Positions 9,347 through 20,250 of a stretch of DNA of 64,000 nucleotides are shown in pieces. Source of the stretch: Methanomassiliicoccaceae archaeon. Its GTDB lineage: Archaea; Thermoplasmatota; Thermoplasmata; Methanomassiliicoccales; Methanomassiliicoccaceae. The notes under the pieces are model-generated. The model was not told the DNA's origin. It did no database searches and saw only the letters and a list, made by a program, of their open reading frames with translations. The first letter of the stretch is position 1, and every line of letters starts with the position of its first letter. Made by a program: the position numbers and the translations under genes. Location of the stretch: contig CAVSJV010000017.1 in assembly GCA_963728405.1 (NCBI GenBank), positions 256,001 through 320,000 of the forward strand. The letters are read 5' to 3'.

Positions 9347-10757
9347 CTAGTTCGTCGACGTGGTGGTCGACATGCTCGGCTGCGTGGTCGGTGTGGTCAT
9401 CGGTGTGGTCGATGTTCCGGTCGACGACATCACCGCAGTCAGGTTCATGGAGGGCGGCACCAGCACCTTGTCAATGATGTGGATCACACCATTGGAGGCA
9501 ATTATGTTCTTCATGACCACCGTTACGTTCCCTACCATCACGGTCGTTCCATTGACCGTCACGTTCAGCTGCTCTCCCTCCACCGTGGTCACCGTACCGT
9601 TCTTCAGCTCAAAGGACGTGACCATTCCCGGTACCACATGGTAGGTCAGGAGCTTGGTCAGGTTCGCCTTGTCCGACGTGGTGAGCTTGCTGAGCAGCGC
9701 CTGGTCCAGAGCATTGAACGCCGCATCGGTCGGGGCGAACACTGTGTATGGACCCGTGCCGTTGAGCGTGTCGGTCAGGTTGGCCGCCGTGATCGCCGCG
9801 GCGAGCTTGGTGAGGTTGCCGTTCTCCATCGCCGTCTGCAGGATGGTCTTGGGCGGGATTAGCACCTTGTCGACCACCTGGATCACCCCGTTGGTGCCTA
9901 CGATGTTCTGGGTGATGATCTTGGCGTCATTGACCCAGGCTCCCGAAGCGTTAACCGTCAGCAACACATCGCTGCCCTCGGCGGTCTTAAGCAGGCTGGA
10001 GTTGGTGCCATTGCCGATCACCAGTCGATAAGGCAGCACATGATAAGTCAACAGCTTGGTCAGGTTGGCAGTATCATTGGCCGCTATCAGCTGATTGACG
10101 TAGGTCGAGTTGGCCAGTGCTGAGTTCGTTGGCGCGAACACCGTGAACGGACCCGTGCCGTTGAGCGTGTCAGTCAGGTTGGCCATCTGAACCGCTGCGG
10201 TGAGCGTGCTGAGATCGGTCGTGTTCATCATCGTCTGCACGATGGTCTCAGGGACCAGGACCTTATCGATGACGTATATCACGCCATTAGATGCTTCTAC
10301 GTCCTTGGTGATGATCTTGGCACCATTGACATACGAGCCGGTCTGGTTCGTGATGATGACCAGATCACTTCCCTCCAGCGTCTTGACGGTCACATTGTTG
10401 GTCAGCTGCGACGACAGGAGCTTCCCAGGCACAAACGTGGTATTTTAGCACCTTGGCCAGGCTCGCGTTGTCCATGGTCAGGTTGTTGAGCACGGTCTGG
10501 TTCATCGCCGCGAATGCGGTGTCGGTGGGAGCGAACACTGTGTATGGACCAGAGCCGTTCAACGTTTCAGTGAGGCCAGTAGTGTTCAGTGCCCCGGTGA
10601 GCTTGGTGAAATTACCATTGTCCTGCGCGGTCTGCACTACGCCCTTGCCCGAGGTGGCCTGTGAGTTCAAGTTCAGGCTAAGGCCTGACAACGCCACTGC
10701 TGCCAAAAGTGCGGCAGCAACGACCACCACCATAGCTGCTGTTATTTTCTTATCCAT
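9347..10757 (-). CDS. Secreted fasciclin (FAS1) protein with three FAS1 domains and Thr-rich tail; frameshift near 10435
   Basis: Three TVFAPT / LTYHV / NGVIHxIDKVL repeats; N-terminal signal anchor. Confidence 0.9.
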
Positions 10758-10890
10758 AATATCCCACGAACCCTCTATCGGAGGGCCGGGAGGACGTGTG
10801 AACGCCTTTTATTTAAGACAGGTCCGTCTGGATAGCGAACCCCCCATGGGGATGTCGAAGAAATATCAGATTAGATGGCGCTAATTCTTT

Positions 10891-11925
10891 TCAGAATCTG
10901 CGGCCCTGTCCAGCGTGCTCCATCCTCACCGAGGCCATAGCCTTCATGTTCGCCAACGGGGTCTCGGGGGCGAATCCGCAGCCAGGGGCGAGGATGTCGG
11001 TCCCCGCATCGATACAATCCCGGCATTCCTCTATCACGTATTCCGGCGAGCGGAACAGTAGAGTGGTGGTCGGCGAGATGTTACCGACCGCCGCGCAGCC
11101 CGGGCCAAGTACTTTCTTCACCTCCCTCATGTCCATGCTCTGGTCGACACTGATCCCATCCACACCGCTCATCCTCATCAGCGGGAGATTGAGCGAGGTG
11201 TTACCGCAGATGTGCATGATGCTCTTGGCCCCCGCCTCTCGCACCGCCCGGGCGATCCTCTGCTGGTATGGCAGTGCGAACTCCTGGAACTGTTCCGGTC
11301 CGACGATATCCCCAGTGGCGGTGGCGTCCACAAGGACGATGACATCCGCCCCGGCCTCCACGGCCGCTTTAACGTAATCGACATCCCACTGCACTGCCTT
11401 GTCCAGGACAGCCTTTAGAAAGTCGGGGTCGATGACCAAGTCCATCAAGGTGTCCGCTTCACCCCGCAGCTGGCCCGCCAGGGTGAACGCGGATATCACC
11501 CCGCACATCACCGGCGATTCCTTCCCGAGCACTTGACGCAATAGGGTTACCGCCTCGAGGACGACGGGGGCGCGCCCGTCCCGGTGAGGGTCTGGAACGT
11601 CCAGGAGGTCCAGGGAGTCCCTTGACGACACCGGCCTACCGGTGATGGCCGGCTGTCTCCGCTCCGATTCATGAGAGGTGACGGCGCCAAAGGCCGAAGC
11701 GTCCACCGCCGCATCGAACGGTACGCGGCAGCCCTCCAGGCCGGCTACAGTGTGGGCGGCGAGAGATAGACGGAACATAAGATCGGCCTTCTCGTTGGCC
11801 TGAGGCCAGAACGCCCCGGTCGCCTTCATGAGGTCCACCGTGCCGGTTTGGGTTGGCGATACCACCGGTACACGGTCCACCGACTGGTGCTCTAATACCG
11901 CCAAAAGCCGATCGCGCTCGTTCAT
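10891..11925 (-). CDS. mtaA: MtaA/CmuA-family methylcobamide:CoM methyltransferase
   Basis: VDRVPVVSPTQT, IMHICG zinc motif, GNISP, LAPGCG, TPLANMKA. Confidence 0.85.
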   Translation of the reverse strand: MNERDRLLAVLEHQSVDRVPVVSPTQTGTVDLMKATGAFWPQANEKADLMFRLSLAAHTVAGLEGCRVPFDAAVDASAFGAVTSHESERRQPAITGRPVSSRDSLDLLDVPDPHRDGRAPVVLEAVTLLRQVLGKESPVMCGVISAFTLAGQLRGEADTLMDLVIDPDFLKAVLDKAVQWDVDYVKAAVEAGADVIVLVDATATGDIVGPEQFQEFALPYQQRIARAVREAGAKSIMHICGNTSLNLPLMRMSGVDGISVDQSMDMREVKKVLGPGCAAVGNISPTTTLLFRSPEYVIEECRDCIDAGTDILAPGCGFAPETPLANMKAMASVRMEHAGQGRRF

Positions 11926-12144
11926 GCTCGCTCATATCCCCGCGGCCACATCAATGTTGTTGACCGTTGCAGTGCCTGTCCGTGGGAACGCATATCGCGA
12001 TACAGACGCAATGGCCGGATAATTGATGGCGACGACAGCGATATCGGCCAATCGCAAAGTTACGGCGATGGGGATGATCGGGACGGGCAGGAGACGTCAT
12101 CCTCACTTCACGGTCATCGCTGGTTCATGTACCCCCCCTTACAG

Positions 12145-12164
12145 CGTTGACCAAAAGGTCAACG
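12145..12164. promoter_or_regulatory. Perfect inverted repeat, candidate transcription-factor site between divergent mtaA and surface-protein genes
   Basis: CGTTGACC-AAAA-GGTCAACG. Confidence 0.45.
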
Positions 12165-12285
12165 ATGGCCAAATTTTCGCCCCTCTGGAATGACGATGAT
12201 AAGTGCGGCCAGCGGAGCGGTCTTCCGTATGACAGCCTTTGAGGTGAAAAACTTTATGAACGCCCCGTTCGAATAGATACCGCTC

Positions 12286-13953
12286 GTGGTGAACGGGATT
12301 AGGAGGATGATAGCAGTGGCTATGTGCCTAGCTCTGCTCCTCTCGACCATGGCGGTCTTCTCCGTCGCGCAGGGAGCGAGCACCGACCGGACGGTAATAT
12401 TTACCGAGGACTTCGAGCATGCCTGGCCCGGCACTCTGCCCAATGGCTGGGACCGCTGGGATCGAGACAACGGATCGGACATCGATTACTGGTGCCGCTC
12501 GATGTATGAGGTGGTCTCCCCCACCCACGCCGCGTGGTGTGCCCAGATTGGATACAACTCACTATTCCAGAATGCCATGAACAAGAACGTGACCCGACTG
12601 GAGGACCCTAACACCACCTATTTGCCAAAGGACTATGTCCTCCGGTACGACACCAACATGGACTCATTTATGCGCCGACCCCTGGTGGGCATCGACAGTT
12701 TCACCTCGGTCACCGTTACCTTCCGATACTGGGCATTGACCGGTAATTCGACCGATAACTTAGGCAATGATTACCTGTGGGTGTCAGTGACCAACTCAAC
12801 CGACGACATGCCCAGCAGCGGCGACCGGACCGAGGTGTGGAGGCAACCGGTCGCCAACTCGTCAGGCTGGAGAGCGGTGACCCTCTCGATACCGACCGAT
12901 TCTACCTGGATAAGCTTCAACTTCCGGTCCGGGGCGGACGTGCCGGAGGGCGGACCGTACATCGGGGCATTCGTCGATGACATCGTGGTTGAGGGCACCG
13001 ACGATCAGGCGCCGACATCGAGCGTGGGATCAATGCCCGCGGCGACCGATCAGAGGTCCTTCGACGTGCCCATCATCATATCCGAGCGGGGCAGCGGACT
13101 GAAGTACATCGAGCTGTGGTACCGGATCAACGGTTTCGGTGACTTCATCCTGTACACCGCCGCCGACACGGTCTCCGGTCGCTGGGCTTCCGGGCCGATC
13201 CCGTTCCTCGCCCCCATTGAGGGGCGCTATGAACTGTTCTCCCGGACCGCCGATTTATGGGGCAATATAGAGCCGTTAAAAACCTCCGCCGATGCGGTCA
13301 TCGTCGTTGACGACGTGGCTCCATCATCCGTCACCGCGATCAAGGGGATGTGGGGCGACTATAATTGGTACACCTCTCCGGTTAATATCAACCTCACCGG
13401 CTGGGACGATTCCAGCGGGGTCTCATACATCTCATATCGTCTGGATGGAGGATTGTGGAACGAGTATTTGGGCCCCCTGACCGTAAGCGTGGACGGCCGA
13501 CACGTCCTGGAGTACTACGCCACCGATCTGGCCGGCAACATCGAATCGACCCGTACGGCCACATTCCAGGTCGACCTGTCCGGGCCGATGGTGACGTTTG
13601 GAGTGGCCGAGGGCAGGGCATCCTCCTCTGGAAGTATGGTCCTGAAGTACGAAGCCTCCGATCCCGCCTCCGGGATCGGGCTGGCGGACTACAGCGTGGA
13701 CGATTCGGATTTCAGGTCGTTGTCGCAAGACGACCAGGAGATAACCCTTACCGGCCTGGCCGACGGGGCTCATCAGATCGTCCTGAGAGTGTGGGACAAT
13801 GCTGGCAACCCTACGACGATTGCGCTCAACATTTCGGTGGACCACTCGGCCGCTAATGCCGACCTGGCTTCTGCCGCTGCTCCCATCGCGATGACCGCCA
13901 TCACCTTGCTGGGGCTGGTTGCGGTCATCATACTGGCCCGTAGGCGTGGCTAG
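12286..13953 (+). CDS. Cell-surface protein with Ig-like domains and C-terminal TM anchor
   Basis: Signal peptide; repeats D..SG...Y, DGRHVLEYYATDLAGN, DGAHQIVLRVWDNAGN; TM + RRRG. Confidence 0.85.
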   Translation: MVNGIRRMIAVAMCLALLLSTMAVFSVAQGASTDRTVIFTEDFEHAWPGTLPNGWDRWDRDNGSDIDYWCRSMYEVVSPTHAAWCAQIGYNSLFQNAMNKNVTRLEDPNTTYLPKDYVLRYDTNMDSFMRRPLVGIDSFTSVTVTFRYWALTGNSTDNLGNDYLWVSVTNSTDDMPSSGDRTEVWRQPVANSSGWRAVTLSIPTDSTWISFNFRSGADVPEGGPYIGAFVDDIVVEGTDDQAPTSSVGSMPAATDQRSFDVPIIISERGSGLKYIELWYRINGFGDFILYTAADTVSGRWASGPIPFLAPIEGRYELFSRTADLWGNIEPLKTSADAVIVVDDVAPSSVTAIKGMWGDYNWYTSPVNINLTGWDDSSGVSYISYRLDGGLWNEYLGPLTVSVDGRHVLEYYATDLAGNIESTRTATFQVDLSGPMVTFGVAEGRASSSGSMVLKYEASDPASGIGLADYSVDDSDFRSLSQDDQEITLTGLADGAHQIVLRVWDNAGNPTTIALNISVDHSAANADLASAAAPIAMTAITLLGLVAVIILARRRG

Positions 13954-14557
13954 GATCTCTGGCTAACGAAGGGGTCATCCTTGGCCATGAACCGCCATGG
14001 CCACTCCCTGCCTGGGCCAGCATAGTCGATCCCAACGCGCTTGGCTGTAACGACCTCTCCGGGATCGACCCCGGTCGTAAAATATAGTTCCTCACCGCAC
14101 ACGTCGGCGCCGTTCAAGGAGCGAGTGATACCAAAAGCCTGGCAGAGCTTAGAGGGGCCGTTGCACAGTTGCCTTTCGGCCTTTTCGTCCAGGGCAGGGT
14201 ATCCCCTCCGAATGGCCATGAGGCCCTGCCCCTCGGTCGGCCGTATCGCTCTGAGGAATACACCCTGCGGCTCTCCGACCTGCCCACAGACGACAGTTGA
14301 AGCACAGGTGCATACCGTAGACCAAGTAGACGTATGCGTACCCGGGCGGGCCCCACATTACCTCGTTACGCCCGGTCCGCCGGCCGCCGTAGGCATGGGA
14401 GGCGGGGTCATTGAGACCGGTGTATGCTTCGGCCTCCACTACGATGCCAGCGACGGTACCCTCGTCCGTGACAGTGCACCAGCCTTCGTCCGATGATGTC
14501 CCGGGCGGCCTCCAGGGCCGGCCGGGCAAAGAACGCCCTCGGCAGCTTCCGTTCCAT
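13950..14557 (-). CDS. 3-methyladenine DNA glycosylase (MPG/AAG); two frameshifts
   Basis: [59 protein letters not shown] across three frames. Confidence 0.85.
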
Positions 14558-14763
14558 CCTCACCATCATCGCAAGAGAGGTTGTTGAACCTTACTCCCCA
14601 TGTCTGGACGTGCCTGGATAAAAGTGGCCAGCTGACCTCTGGCGGTCTGGAAAATTGGAACAGTGAACTTAATATCCTTGTTGCCCATGCTCAGAGAGCT
14701 TCGGTTCGGGGGAAATGAGACCTTCGGCGTTTCGGCGTCGAGCTCACAACGATCTAAGGGAAA

Positions 14764-15366
14764 ATGATGATCGACATACTCCAACTTATTCTGCTATTTG
14801 CCTTCCTGGGCGGGGCCATCAAGTTCATTGACCAGGCCTACGACGAGAAGGCGTTCTCGATAAAGGCCGCCAAAGTGGTGGCAGTTATGGCGGGTGTGGC
14901 CATGGGTTACCTAATGGCCCGAGACAGCCCCTTCTCCACTGCCTTCTTCGCGGCCATGCTCATCTCCCTGGTGCTGGCCAAGAAGATCGACAACTTCGCC
15001 TTCGCTACCGGCACCATACTGGCGATAGCATCATTGTTGGCATTCTATCCCAGCAGCGAGGTCTCCTGGCTCGTGCTGCCTGTCATCGTTTTCCTAGCCG
15101 CCGGGTTCATCGACGAGATCGCGGACGATATGGTCGACAAGCACAACATAGGGGGTTTCCTGCAGATGTTCCTGAACTACCGGCCGTTCAGCGATCTCGC
15201 GCTGGTGGGCATGGTGCTGCTGGGGACGTTCTCATGGATCTACCTCCTGCCGTACTTCGGCTTCACCTTCTCCTACATGTTCGTGGAGAGGTACTCGGAA
15301 CGGGAGTACTCGCTCTCCGGAGGGGTGGACTGGATAAAGCACCGGGTGCTGCGCCGGGCCAACTAG
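14764..15366 (+). CDS. Multi-TM membrane hypothetical protein
   Basis: 200 aa, about six hydrophobic segments, IKFIDQAYDE and KKIDN motifs. Confidence 0.75.
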   Translation: MMIDILQLILLFAFLGGAIKFIDQAYDEKAFSIKAAKVVAVMAGVAMGYLMARDSPFSTAFFAAMLISLVLAKKIDNFAFATGTILAIASLLAFYPSSEVSWLVLPVIVFLAAGFIDEIADDMVDKHNIGGFLQMFLNYRPFSDLALVGMVLLGTFSWIYLLPYFGFTFSYMFVERYSEREYSLSGGVDWIKHRVLRRAN

Positions 15367-15599
15367 TCCTTTCCGGCGATGAATTGACAGTAGCCGTACG
15401 AGATCGGCCCCTGCTTGGTGGTCTCACAGGGGAACTCGGAACACTGGAAGCACAGCGCCACTCCCTTATGGAAGGCGCAGCTGCAAACCAAGCAGAACTT
15501 GTTATCCCGGGCCTTGCACCCCATGATCCCGTTCGGGCACTTGCCTTCCGTCCGCCGGGGGCACACCTCACATGCCACTCCACAAACGCCTATCCTCAT
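15363..15599 (-). CDS. DUF3795-like Cys-rich small protein
   Basis: IGVCGVACEVCP...C..GC...C..CSC...CFQCSEFPCE; ATGA overlap with upstream gene. Confidence 0.75.
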   Translation of the reverse strand: MRIGVCGVACEVCPRRTEGKCPNGIMGCKARDNKFCLVCSCAFHKGVALCFQCSEFPCETTKQGPISYGYCQFIAGKD

Positions 15600-16267
15600 C
15601 TTTTTCCCCCCGTGAACGGCCGGTCGTACATCTTGTCCCAAGAGCCATTACGCTTGGCCCGTTGCTTCCAGCCGCGGTTGCCGAAGGTTATGTAGAGCCA
15701 TCGGGGAATGCTCCTCCTGGCGATGAGCTCTATCGCTTCTTTAGGCAGTTCTTTGCCTTCCGTCAGAGCCTCGGCGGCCAGTTCCAGGGACCGGCGAGCG
15801 TTCCTAACCATACCTCCCAGTTCGGCGAGCGGCCGTCCGTCAATGGCCGACCCTCCCCCCAGTGCGAGGCCCCCCCTCCATTCGAACCCGGCGTTCCGGG
15901 CGAACAGGCGACATATGTTCAGGGCGACCCGGTTCTGCTCGGCCTCGATGAATCCGCAGTTGGCGATCGCCACCAGGGGCGTGTGGTCAGTGTTACCTTG
16001 CCTCTGCTGGGCGATGAGCCCCATGGCTCTGACCATCGCAGCAGGGGTCGAATCGACATAGGTCGGAAAGGACAGTATCACCAGGTCCGCGGTATCCACC
16101 GCACTGACCAGGGACCCTATCCCTTCCAGGGACCGCAGAGACCTCTGGACCTGCAGGTCCTCGATGTCCCAGCCCTTCTTCCTCAGGAGGCCCAGAAGAT
16201 AAAGGCCAAGTGAGCCGGAGGTCGATCGCTCTCCTCGCGGACTGCCTATCAGCAGTACCGCCTTCAT
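15596..16267 (-). CDS. NAD(P)H-dependent flavodoxin-fold oxidoreductase
   Basis: MKAVLLIGSPR, ILSFPTYVDS.P, IANCGFIE; ATGA overlap. Confidence 0.85.
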   Translation of the reverse strand: MKAVLLIGSPRGERSTSGSLGLYLLGLLRKKGWDIEDLQVQRSLRSLEGIGSLVSAVDTADLVILSFPTYVDSTPAAMVRAMGLIAQQRQGNTDHTPLVAIANCGFIEAEQNRVALNICRLFARNAGFEWRGGLALGGGSAIDGRPLAELGGMVRNARRSLELAAEALTEGKELPKEAIELIARRSIPRWLYITFGNRGWKQRAKRNGSWDKMYDRPFTGGKR

Positions 16268-16833
16268 TCTTCCACCCCCGCCTTGGTGATCGCTTCCTTC
16301 ACCGCGATGGCCGATATCTCCGGCCGCTCGTTCGAGAACACTAGCGTTGAGGCCCATCCCACCGGCTGTATGTTGAGACTGTTCCTTTCCACCAGCTGAG
16401 CGAAGACCTTCTGGGCCTCCTCGTCCCGACCGGGAAGCAGTCCGATCGTCACCAGCCGCTGGACGGTATCATAGCGTCGGGCATGGTGGACCTCACCATG
16501 GACGGTGCGGAAGAATGGGAGCAGGGAACAGATCGATCGATCCAGGGCCTTCTTGAGATGGTACGAATACCCGCCGAAGGTCACCGGGGTCAGGAACACC
16601 ACCAGATCAGAAGTGGCGAATTCAGAGGCCACCTTCTCCGCGTCGTCCGCGATGACACACCGCCCCGGGGTCCTGGTCCAGCAGCCGAAACAGCCAGTAC
16701 AATCGGCGATATCCTTGTCCCGAAGCTTGATGACCTCGACCTGATGCCCCTTCGCCCTCAGGTATTCGGCCGCCGCTTCCCTGGCCACCCCCATCTCGTC
16801 CTGGACCGAACCGTCCAATAGCACCGCTTTTAT
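16264..16833 (-). CDS. Iron-sulfur flavoprotein / flavodoxin-family protein; apparent ATA start
   Basis: CTGCFGCW.RTPGRC, FLTPVTFGGYS..LKKALDR; GAGGGG-5nt-ATA AAA GCG GTG. Confidence 0.85.
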   Translation of the reverse strand: MKAVLLDGSVQDEMGVAREAAAEYLRAKGHQVEVIKLRDKDIADCTGCFGCWTRTPGRCVIADDAEKVASEFATSDLVVFLTPVTFGGYSYHLKKALDRSICSLLPFFRTVHGEVHHARRYDTVQRLVTIGLLPGRDEEAQKVFAQLVERNSLNIQPVGWASTLVFSNERPEISAIAVKEAITKAGVEE

Positions 16834-16959
16834 CGTATCCCCTCGGCCATCAATGAAATGTCTCCGGAATATTTATCGCTAGCCCAGAACCTTGTCCGCA
16901 TTGGCACGCCGTCGCTAAAAAGTCAAATTTTAAGAGCTTTGTGGCCATGATGGGTCTCG

Positions 16960-17274
16960 ATGTCCTACTCCAAGGCTAGGAAGCCGAGCTTCAACATGAA
17001 GAAGATCTACAACATGTGGCGCATGACCGCTCTGGGTCTGGACCTGGCCGGCCTGATCACGTTCTTCTTCGCCCTGGGATTGGAGGAGTTCACCATCCCG
17101 TTGATGGCCGCTTCCGTCCTCATGTTGTGGGCCGCGGTGGCGGTGTCCTACAAGTACGTGAAGATCGAGTTGGGAAAGCCCTTCGAGGCGGTGGCCCGGT
17201 TCTCTTACTTCATCAGCCTGGGCCTGGCCCTGGTGCTCAGCGTCCTCACGGCCATCACGGCCTTGAACGGCTGA
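16960..17274 (+). CDS. Small three-TM membrane protein
   Basis: Hydrophobic segments, host-like codon usage. Confidence 0.7.
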   Translation: MSYSKARKPSFNMKKIYNMWRMTALGLDLAGLITFFFALGLEEFTIPLMAASVLMLWAAVAVSYKYVKIELGKPFEAVARFSYFISLGLALVLSVLTAITALNG

Positions 17275-17292
17275 GTGTAACGCCTTCCGCTT

Positions 17293-17541
17293 TCACTTCT
17301 CCTGCAGCTTGCAGGATTCGCAGGAATCGGCCGTCCTAAGATAAAGGAGCACCACTACAAGGCCGACGAACACGCCGATCACTATCGCTGCTCCACCCAA
17401 CACGGTGGCGAAGCCTACCAGCGTTGGGATTATGAGTATCATGATGAAGGTGGCGAGGGCTAGCAGCCATGTCAGGAGGTAAATCGGATAGCGTCCGGGA
17501 ATTATCGCGCCGCAGACCCGGCATCTTCGGGACAAAGCCAT
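17293..17541 (-). CDS. Small two-TM protein with terminal CxxC pairs
   Basis: CRVC ... TM TM ... CESC. Confidence 0.6.
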   Translation of the reverse strand: MALSRRCRVCGAIIPGRYPIYLLTWLLALATFIMILIIPTLVGFATVLGGAAIVIGVFVGLVVVLLYLRTADSCESCKLQEK

Positions 17542-17664
17542 GAATGAACTATTAGAACCAGCCTTGCATAATCTTTTGCGGTCCGAGCAGTAGTTACATC
17601 GGCATATCGTTTGAGATAATATAATGTGGTCCCTATTAATAGTGACAGTGAGTCGCTTTCCGTA

Positions 17665-19153
17665 ATGGCCGCTCAGGTCAAGCTCAGCGAAGACGCTAAA
17701 AAGATCGTGCTCGGCACCCTACTAGCGATATCCATCGCCTTGATCTTCATCTTCCACTTCGTGCTCGACAGTGGCATCGTGTTCACCCAGTTCTTCTACC
17801 TGCCTATCGTAGTGGCAGCCATATGGTACTATTTCCGCGGTATGTCGGTCGCGTTCATCTTGGGCGGGGCACTGATCATAAGCGATCTCATCACTGGTGA
17901 CCACGAGATCCTGCTGGACGATTTGATGAGAGCGATCATCTTTGTCGGGGTGAGCGGTGTCGTGGCCACCCTTAGCGATCGCCTGCGTAACCTGAATCTG
18001 GAGCTGGAAAGAGCCAATGCCGGTCTTGAGAGCAAGGTCGCCGAGCGTACCGTCGAGTTGCAAGAGGAGAAGGAGCTCCTGGCCGTGACCCTGGCCAGCA
18101 TCAGCGATGGGGTGATCACCATCGATAACGCCGGTAGGGTACGGAGCATCAACCGGTACGCGGAAGTGCGATTGGGAGCGGACCGCTCTCGAGCACTGGG
18201 CAGGCCCCTTTCCGATATCGTCAAGATGATCGACGATACGGGAGAGAGGAGCATTATGCAGGGGGGAGCGGAAAAAGGCAGCCTAGTGGCCTTCAACGGC
18301 ACAACGATCACTACACCCTGGGGTGCGAGAATGGTGGTGGACGGGGGTCTTTCTCCCATCATCATGGACGGTAAGGTAGCGGGTGAAGTGATGGTGTTCC
18401 TGGGACGTCACCGAGCGGGAATTACTGAGGGAGCAGATCCAACGCGCTCAGCGCCTGCGTTCTGTCGAGCTCATGGCCGGGGGCATGGCCCATGATTTCA
18501 AGAACCTCTTCTCCATCGTTCATCTCAACATCGAACTGGCCAGACAAGAGACAGTCGGTCGGGGCGCAGAACGGTTGGGCGAGGCCATCAAGGCCTTGGT
18601 ACGAGCGGATGACCTTACCCAGACCCTTGGCGTCCTGGCACGGGCCGGGAACCCTAACAAGGAGCTGGTGGACGTGGCCTCGATGGTGATAGGTGCGGCA
18701 GAGGTCGCTTTGGGAGGCGAGGGGGGGCTCGATTTTCATATGGACCCCGACCTCTGGAAGGCAGAGCTGGACCGCACCCAGATGGGGCAGGTCATCAGCA
18801 ATCTGGTCCTTAATGCAAAACAGGCCATGTCCGGGTCAGGGGTCATCAAGGTGTCCGCTGCGAACATCCACACAGTGTCGGAGGACGGCCTGCCCATAAA
18901 AGAGGGCAAGTACGTACGCATCACCGTCACCGATACCGGAGAGGGGATCTCCCAGGACAAGCTCCGTCAGATCTTTGAGCCATACTATACCACCAAACCC
19001 CATGGTACCGGCCTAGGCCTGGTCATAGCTCAGTCGGTGGTGCTGGCCCACCAGGGGTACATCTCGGTGGAGTCAACGCTGGGAAAGGGCACAACGATGA
19101 GCGTCTACATACCAGCGTTACCCGATCAGAGGGCTAGCCATTCGACCAAATGA
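17665..19153 (+). CDS. Membrane PAS sensor histidine kinase; frameshift near 18400
   Basis: N-terminal TMs, PAS (LASISDGVITID), AGGMAHDFKN H-box, NLVLNAKQAM, DTGEGI, FEPYYTTK, GTGLGL. Confidence 0.9.
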
Positions 19154-19712
19154 GGGTGCCGAGGGCAGATCAGCGGGTCGTACAGCTAACGTTGCTTGTA
19201 GACCTGGAGAGCAGGAACGATCGACCAGAGAAATTAAGGGGCCTTTTTCCCAGGCGCTGCTCTTCGCCTGCGGAAAGGCCAGGTAGAGAAGGACATCATC
19301 AGCTGGGCATTATGCTCATGGCCTAGGCTGACGGGAGGCCATTGGAGAACGACATGAGCATCCGCTTCAACGACCCGTACATGAACGTTCTGCAATGGAA
19401 ATAAAGGGGTCCTCATAGGTCTTCCTCGATAGCACGGCCAGTGGCCCAAGGATGTGGGGCATTTGAAACTGGTTCCAGGCCAATGCTCGAGGGGGCGATC
19501 GCCCTCGAGTTCACTGCTCTTCTCCTACGCCCCCGTGGGCTATCTGAACCTGCCGACTGAAAAACGAAGGATCGCTGTTGAAGAGTAGCTGCGATCTCGA
19601 CCTGAACGTAACAGCCGTCATTTGATCAACCTTGGAAGCCTTAAGGTGGGAGATCTTCACGATTTAATAAAAGGTAAACGGAAAAGGTTTGGGAATTTTG
19701 CCAGCACAGCCA

Positions 19713-20240
19713 TCAGGTAGCGGCTACTGCTGGCGAGCCGGACCGTATCCCGCCGATCTGTTCCATCTCGCCGGCGCTCATTATCCTGTTGAGGTCCAGG
19801 AGCATGACCAAACGGTCCGGCAGCTTGCAGATGCCAGTGAGGAACCCGGCCTCTGTGCCAACGGTCAGGGTGGTCGGGGGAGGAGAGATGCTTGCCCGTG
19901 GCACCCTCATGACGTCCTCGACCGCATCGACGATTATCCCGATCTGAGTATCGCCTATCTCGGCAATGATTATCCGCGATGCGGCGGTGATGCTGCCATT
20001 ACCGTCGGAGCTGATGTTGAACCGTTTCTTTAGGTCGATGACCGTGGTGATCTGACCACGGAGGTTCAGGACCCCTTCGATGAACGCGGGCATCTTAGGT
20101 ATCTTGGTTATATCATGGACCTTGCCGATCTCGCGGACCTGGGAGACCCTGACACCGAAGGTCTCCTTGCCCAAGCGGAAGGAGACTATCTGTTCCTCGT
20201 CCCCGGTCAGCTCGACCTTTTCTCTCTTTCTTCTGGCCAT
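19713..20240 (-). CDS. cheW: Chemotaxis coupling protein CheW
   Basis: IVSFRLG.E.FG, GVLNLRGQITTVIDL, GIIVDAV; GAGGT SD. Confidence 0.93.
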   Translation of the reverse strand: MARRKREKVELTGDEEQIVSFRLGKETFGVRVSQVREIGKVHDITKIPKMPAFIEGVLNLRGQITTVIDLKKRFNISSDGNGSITAASRIIIAEIGDTQIGIIVDAVEDVMRVPRASISPPPTTLTVGTEAGFLTGICKLPDRLVMLLDLNRIMSAGEMEQIGGIRSGSPAVAAT

Positions 20241-20250
20241 CTGACCGACC

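Noticed and set aside
9347-10757. Repeated DNA segments resembling an array
   Set aside because: Explained by three FAS1 domain repeats; no CRISPR-like repeat-spacer pattern was seen in the window.
19731-19739. TGGCGAGCC match to the tRNA-Arg 3' end inside cheW
   Set aside because: Only 9 bp and within a coding region; expected by chance.
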